From: Candidatus Hermodarchaeota archaeon
GTDB taxonomy: Archaea > Asgardarchaeota > Heimdallarchaeia > Hodarchaeales > Hodarchaeaceae
DNA length: 11,071 nucleotides
NCBI GenBank assembly: GCA_048886185.1
Contig: JBHLKY010000047.1
Location: 1 to 11,071, forward strand
Direction of reading: 5' to 3'
This document shows positions 8,949-11,071 of this stretch, piece after piece (position 1 is the stretch's first letter; every line of letters starts with the position of its first letter). The position numbers and the translations under genes were made by a program. The notes under the pieces are model-generated. The model saw only the letters and a list, made by a program, of their open reading frames with translations. It made no database searches and had not been told where the DNA came from.

Positions 8949-9116
8949 CGTTTGAATTAATCATCTGTAATAAAAGTATTTTAGCTTAACTCATGGCATG
9001 GCAAAAATCGCGAAGAAAATCTTACAGAAGAGTATATCAGAGTAGATCGAATCGTTCTTGAAGTTACTATAAGAATTATAATAAAGCTGCAATTCGTTAC
9101 TTGAAATTATTTCAAT

Positions 9117-9137
9117 GTCGTCAAATTAGCCTCATAC
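9117..9137 (-). repeat. Degenerate copy J of the intergenic repeat
   Basis: Minus strand reads gtatgaggctaatttgacgac; 9117-9140 matches copy G at 17/24. Confidence 0.5.
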
Positions 9138-9211
9138 TTGATTTTTACCGTAATGTTGACATCTAATTAAATCTTGATGTAAGTTGCACAAAGGTCTTCA
9201 TACTAATTAAA

Positions 9212-9439
9212 ATGACTCCAGAAGATTTTAGGTCTCACGGTTTGTATTATGATGGAACTTATGACTACTATGTAGGGCATCATACACAATTCTCAATTCT
9301 TAAATTCGATTCAGTTACATCTGACCAATGGTTTTATTCAATAATTACCACTAAATCAGCTAGGTGGGATATTTTCATAACAATCCCTATATTTATAGCT
9401 GTTTTTGCACTGATTAAGAAGAAAAAACTATCACAATAA
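9212..9439 (+). pseudogene. Small ORF (75 aa) ending in a CTERM-like TM + basic tail; probable C-terminal remnant of a surface protein
   Basis: ...IITTKSARWDIFITIPIFIAVFALIKKKKLSQ*; no signal peptide; in-frame stop at 9164-9166 limits upstream extension. Confidence 0.5.
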
Positions 9440-9451
9440 TTGTAAGATTTT

Positions 9452-9474
9452 GTGTCAATCCAGCCTTTTGTGAC
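9452..9474 (-). repeat. Dispersed intergenic repeat, copy F
   Basis: Minus strand reads gtcacaaaaggctggattgacac. Confidence 0.85.
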
Positions 9475-9503
9475 AAATTTGACAACACAACTTATCCTCG
9501 AAT

Positions 9504-9543
9504 CACTGACTTAGCTAGACATCCACTGACTTAGCTGGACATT
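9504..9543. repeat. Tandem 20-bp duplication
   Basis: cactgacttagctagacatc / cactgacttagctggacatt, 18/20 identical. Confidence 0.9.
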
Positions 9544-9667
9544 CTATGAACACAATGAGAAAATTGTTGAATCGAATTTCACAATTTCCCCTATTTCTGG
9601 ATTTATAATATTTTCTTTTGTTTCGCTGTTTTCAGTTTTACTTGTTCGTCGTAAAAGGTTTATTTGA
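9530..9667 (+). pseudogene. Start-less fragment encoding a second CTERM-like sorting tail (not in the ORF track)
   Basis: Manual translation: LSWTFYEHNEKIVESNFTISPISGFIIFSFVSLFSVLLVRRKRFI*, preceded by in-frame TGA at 9527-9529. Confidence 0.55.
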
Positions 9668-9671
9668 CGAC
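9648..9671 (+). repeat. Degenerate copy G of the intergenic repeat (overlaps the RRKR codons of the fragment)
   Basis: gtcgtaaaaggtttatttgacgac; shares TCGTAAAAGG with copies C, E and H. Confidence 0.55.
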
Positions 9672-9701
9672 ATTATTCAGTTTTGTATGGTATATGAAAG
9701 A

Positions 9702-10508
9702 TTAAGCCTTAGCACTAACAATAAGAAACCGATTGGGTAGAGCACCTTCTATTTGATGGTTGATTTTATATCTCCTCAAATAGGTTACAAACTCAACAAC
9801 CCCATCTATGCAATTTACTGAGAATCCTTTCTGGCTCAATATTATGGCCAGTTCCTCTCCAGTAAAAGGAGTATGTGATTCTTTCATTTCTTCGTCTTCC
9901 AGAGCAGTACCCAATGACCAAATCTTTGTCAAGAAATCGTAGAGATCGCAAAGAGTCATTCTTGTCCAACTGTTTGAAAGAACCTCAAACTCAATATCTC
10001 GAACTTGAAAGAGAGTTTGAAACCGTTTTAGTTTCTTAAACATACTGTTTGAGAGTCTGAGATCTATATGTCCCTCACCTGGACTCTGATGGTCTAAGAC
10101 TATTAATATTCCTCCTTCCTTCAGTACTCGTTTAACTTGCTTTATCGTATCAAAAAACCCTTCTTTACCTGAAAAACAGAGTACCTCGCTAAAAAATTGA
10201 ACTCCAACCACAACATCAAAAGTATTTTCTTTAAAAGGAATTTTAGGTGCCATTCCTTGAACCAAAGAGGAGCTACCTATATTTGGTGTTCTTACCTGAT
10301 GAGTTAACATGTACCATGACATATCCATTCCGATAACTGATGTTTGCGGAATTTGCTCAACAATCAGCCACCTAAGCAGACCTACTCCACAACCTATATC
10401 TAGAATTCTTGAAGCATCATTCGGAATAAGGTCGATAACCTTCTGTAAAAACTGCTTTCGATATCTGTTTCCCATCAGCTGGGCCATTTGTTTCTCGCTT
10501 GCAGACAT
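9702..10508 (-). CDS. Class I SAM-dependent methyltransferase
   Basis: ILDIGCGVG, GMDMSWYML, IPFKENTFDVVVG, RVLKEGGILIVLD. Confidence 0.9.
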   Translation of the reverse strand: MSASEKQMAQLMGNRYRKQFLQKVIDLIPNDASRILDIGCGVGLLRWLIVEQIPQTSVIGMDMSWYMLTHQVRTPNIGSSSLVQGMAPKIPFKENTFDVVVGVQFFSEVLCFSGKEGFFDTIKQVKRVLKEGGILIVLDHQSPGEGHIDLRLSNSMFKKLKRFQTLFQVRDIEFEVLSNSWTRMTLCDLYDFLTKIWSLGTALEDEEMKESHTPFTGEELAIILSQKGFSVNCIDGVVEFVTYLRRYKINHQIEGALPNRFLIVSAKA

Positions 10509-10640
10509 CCTGATTTTGAGGCTGACTTCATTTTATTTTAACTTTGTCAAGTGGGTAAATATTTGCTTCTCAGTGGTGACAATTTCGTTTAAGTAATCCA
10601 TGATAAGTCGTTCATCTGTCACAGAGTGACACCAAGAGGG

Positions 10641-10663
10641 TGAAACTAGCCTTTTACGAAGTT
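10641..10663 (-). repeat. Dispersed intergenic repeat, copy H
   Basis: Minus strand reads aacttcgtaaaaggctagtttca; first 16 nt identical to copy C. Confidence 0.88.
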
Positions 10664-10791
10664 GGGAATTAAGAATTATCTCTTAATGTAAGGTTTCTCT
10701 AGGAAGAGGAAAAAGATTTGGTAATGCCTTGAATCACAAAATATAATGTTATGCATTTTTGAGTGCAATCCTTTAGTCAATCTTATATTAT

Positions 10792-10807
10792 GGTTGCATA
10801 AGCAACC
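10792..10807. promoter_or_regulatory. Palindromic putative operator GGTTGC-ATAA-GCAACC
   Basis: Perfect 6-bp arms with a 4-nt spacer, just after TTATATTA, in the divergent region between the methyltransferase and the ORF at 10923. Confidence 0.45.
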
Positions 10808-10922
10808 GATTTTTTTTCAAATCTAGAAAAACAACTTTAGATCACGAATATAGAATTGGAAGCTTTGCCCCATTGGCATGATTTTTGAATTTAAAAATCA
10901 AATTCTAAATAGTGATTTATTT

Positions 10923-11071
10923 ATGGTAATAGAACTCAGGATAGAAATTCAACATGATTCTCCTCACCTTAATTTTTCAAAATCCTTTATAACGAAAGAG
11001 ATTTATGGTTATTGCAATTCAAAATTTGATATATTAATGATTCCAGGTGAAATTAATGGGAAAAATTTGGA
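10923..11071 (+). CDS. 5' partial ORF, possibly the N-terminus of an HTH_10/bacterio-opsin-activator-like regulator
   Basis: Manual translation, open to the window end: MVIELRIEIQHDSPHLNFSKSFITKEIYGYCNSKFDILMIPGEINGKNL; the IQHDxP...CN...D pattern recalls archaeal HTH_10 regulator N-termini. Confidence 0.4.
   Translation, partial: MVIELRIEIQHDSPHLNFSKSFITKEIYGYCNSKFDILMIPGEINGKNL

Larger units (their letters stand above)
9114..9674. mobile_element. MITE-like or invertible 561-bp segment bounded by 13-bp perfect inverted repeats
   Basis: aatgtcgtcaaat (9114-9126) and atttgacgacatt (9662-9674); no transposase and no clear target-site duplication. Confidence 0.4.

Noticed and set aside
2826-9016. 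Shared atggcaaaaa near the starts of the two long minus-strand genes (about 2826 and 8998)
   Set aside because: About 10 nt, half an A-run, at different distances from the starts; likely chance.
10309-10596. 95-aa ORF on +
   Set aside because: Antisense overlap with the methyltransferase and no recognisable features.
350-10663. Repeat family as a CRISPR array or canonical integron attC sites
   Set aside because: Spacing is hundreds to thousands of bp with whole genes between and mixed orientation, so not CRISPR. No RYYYAAC...GTTRRRY fold-back was found and no integrase is in the window.
1-11071. tRNA, rRNA, transposase or recombinase genes
   Set aside because: No cloverleaf or rRNA-like sequence and no DDE, tyrosine/serine recombinase or HUH motifs were recognised in any ORF.

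Overview
AT-rich window that looks archaeal, probably Asgard/Heimdallarchaeia-like (inferred from T-tract terminators, TATA-like promoters, CTERM-type sorting tails, an LVIVD surface protein and a long TPR protein). It holds functionally unrelated accessory genes: the 3' end of a probable C13/caspase-clan peptidase, two class I SAM methyltransferases, a BtrH_N/DUF4872-like protein, a DinB protein, an FLVCR/SLC49-like MFS transporter, an LVIVD surface protein whose signal peptide is out of frame at a T10 tract, a TPR protein, two orphan CTERM-tail fragments and the start of a possible HTH regulator. The main unexplained signal is a ~21-23 bp non-coding repeat (consensus about KTCRTAAAAGGCTGGWTTRRM) in almost every intergenic interval: 6 strong and 4 degenerate copies, on both strands, including between convergent genes. 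Eight of the ten copies are followed at a near-fixed offset by a short palindrome of variable sequence. Two copies form 13-bp perfect inverted ends around a 561-bp segment. This suggests a cassette-like or mobile-element-scarred array with a non-canonical site. No recombinase or transposase is in the window, so the mechanism is unproven.
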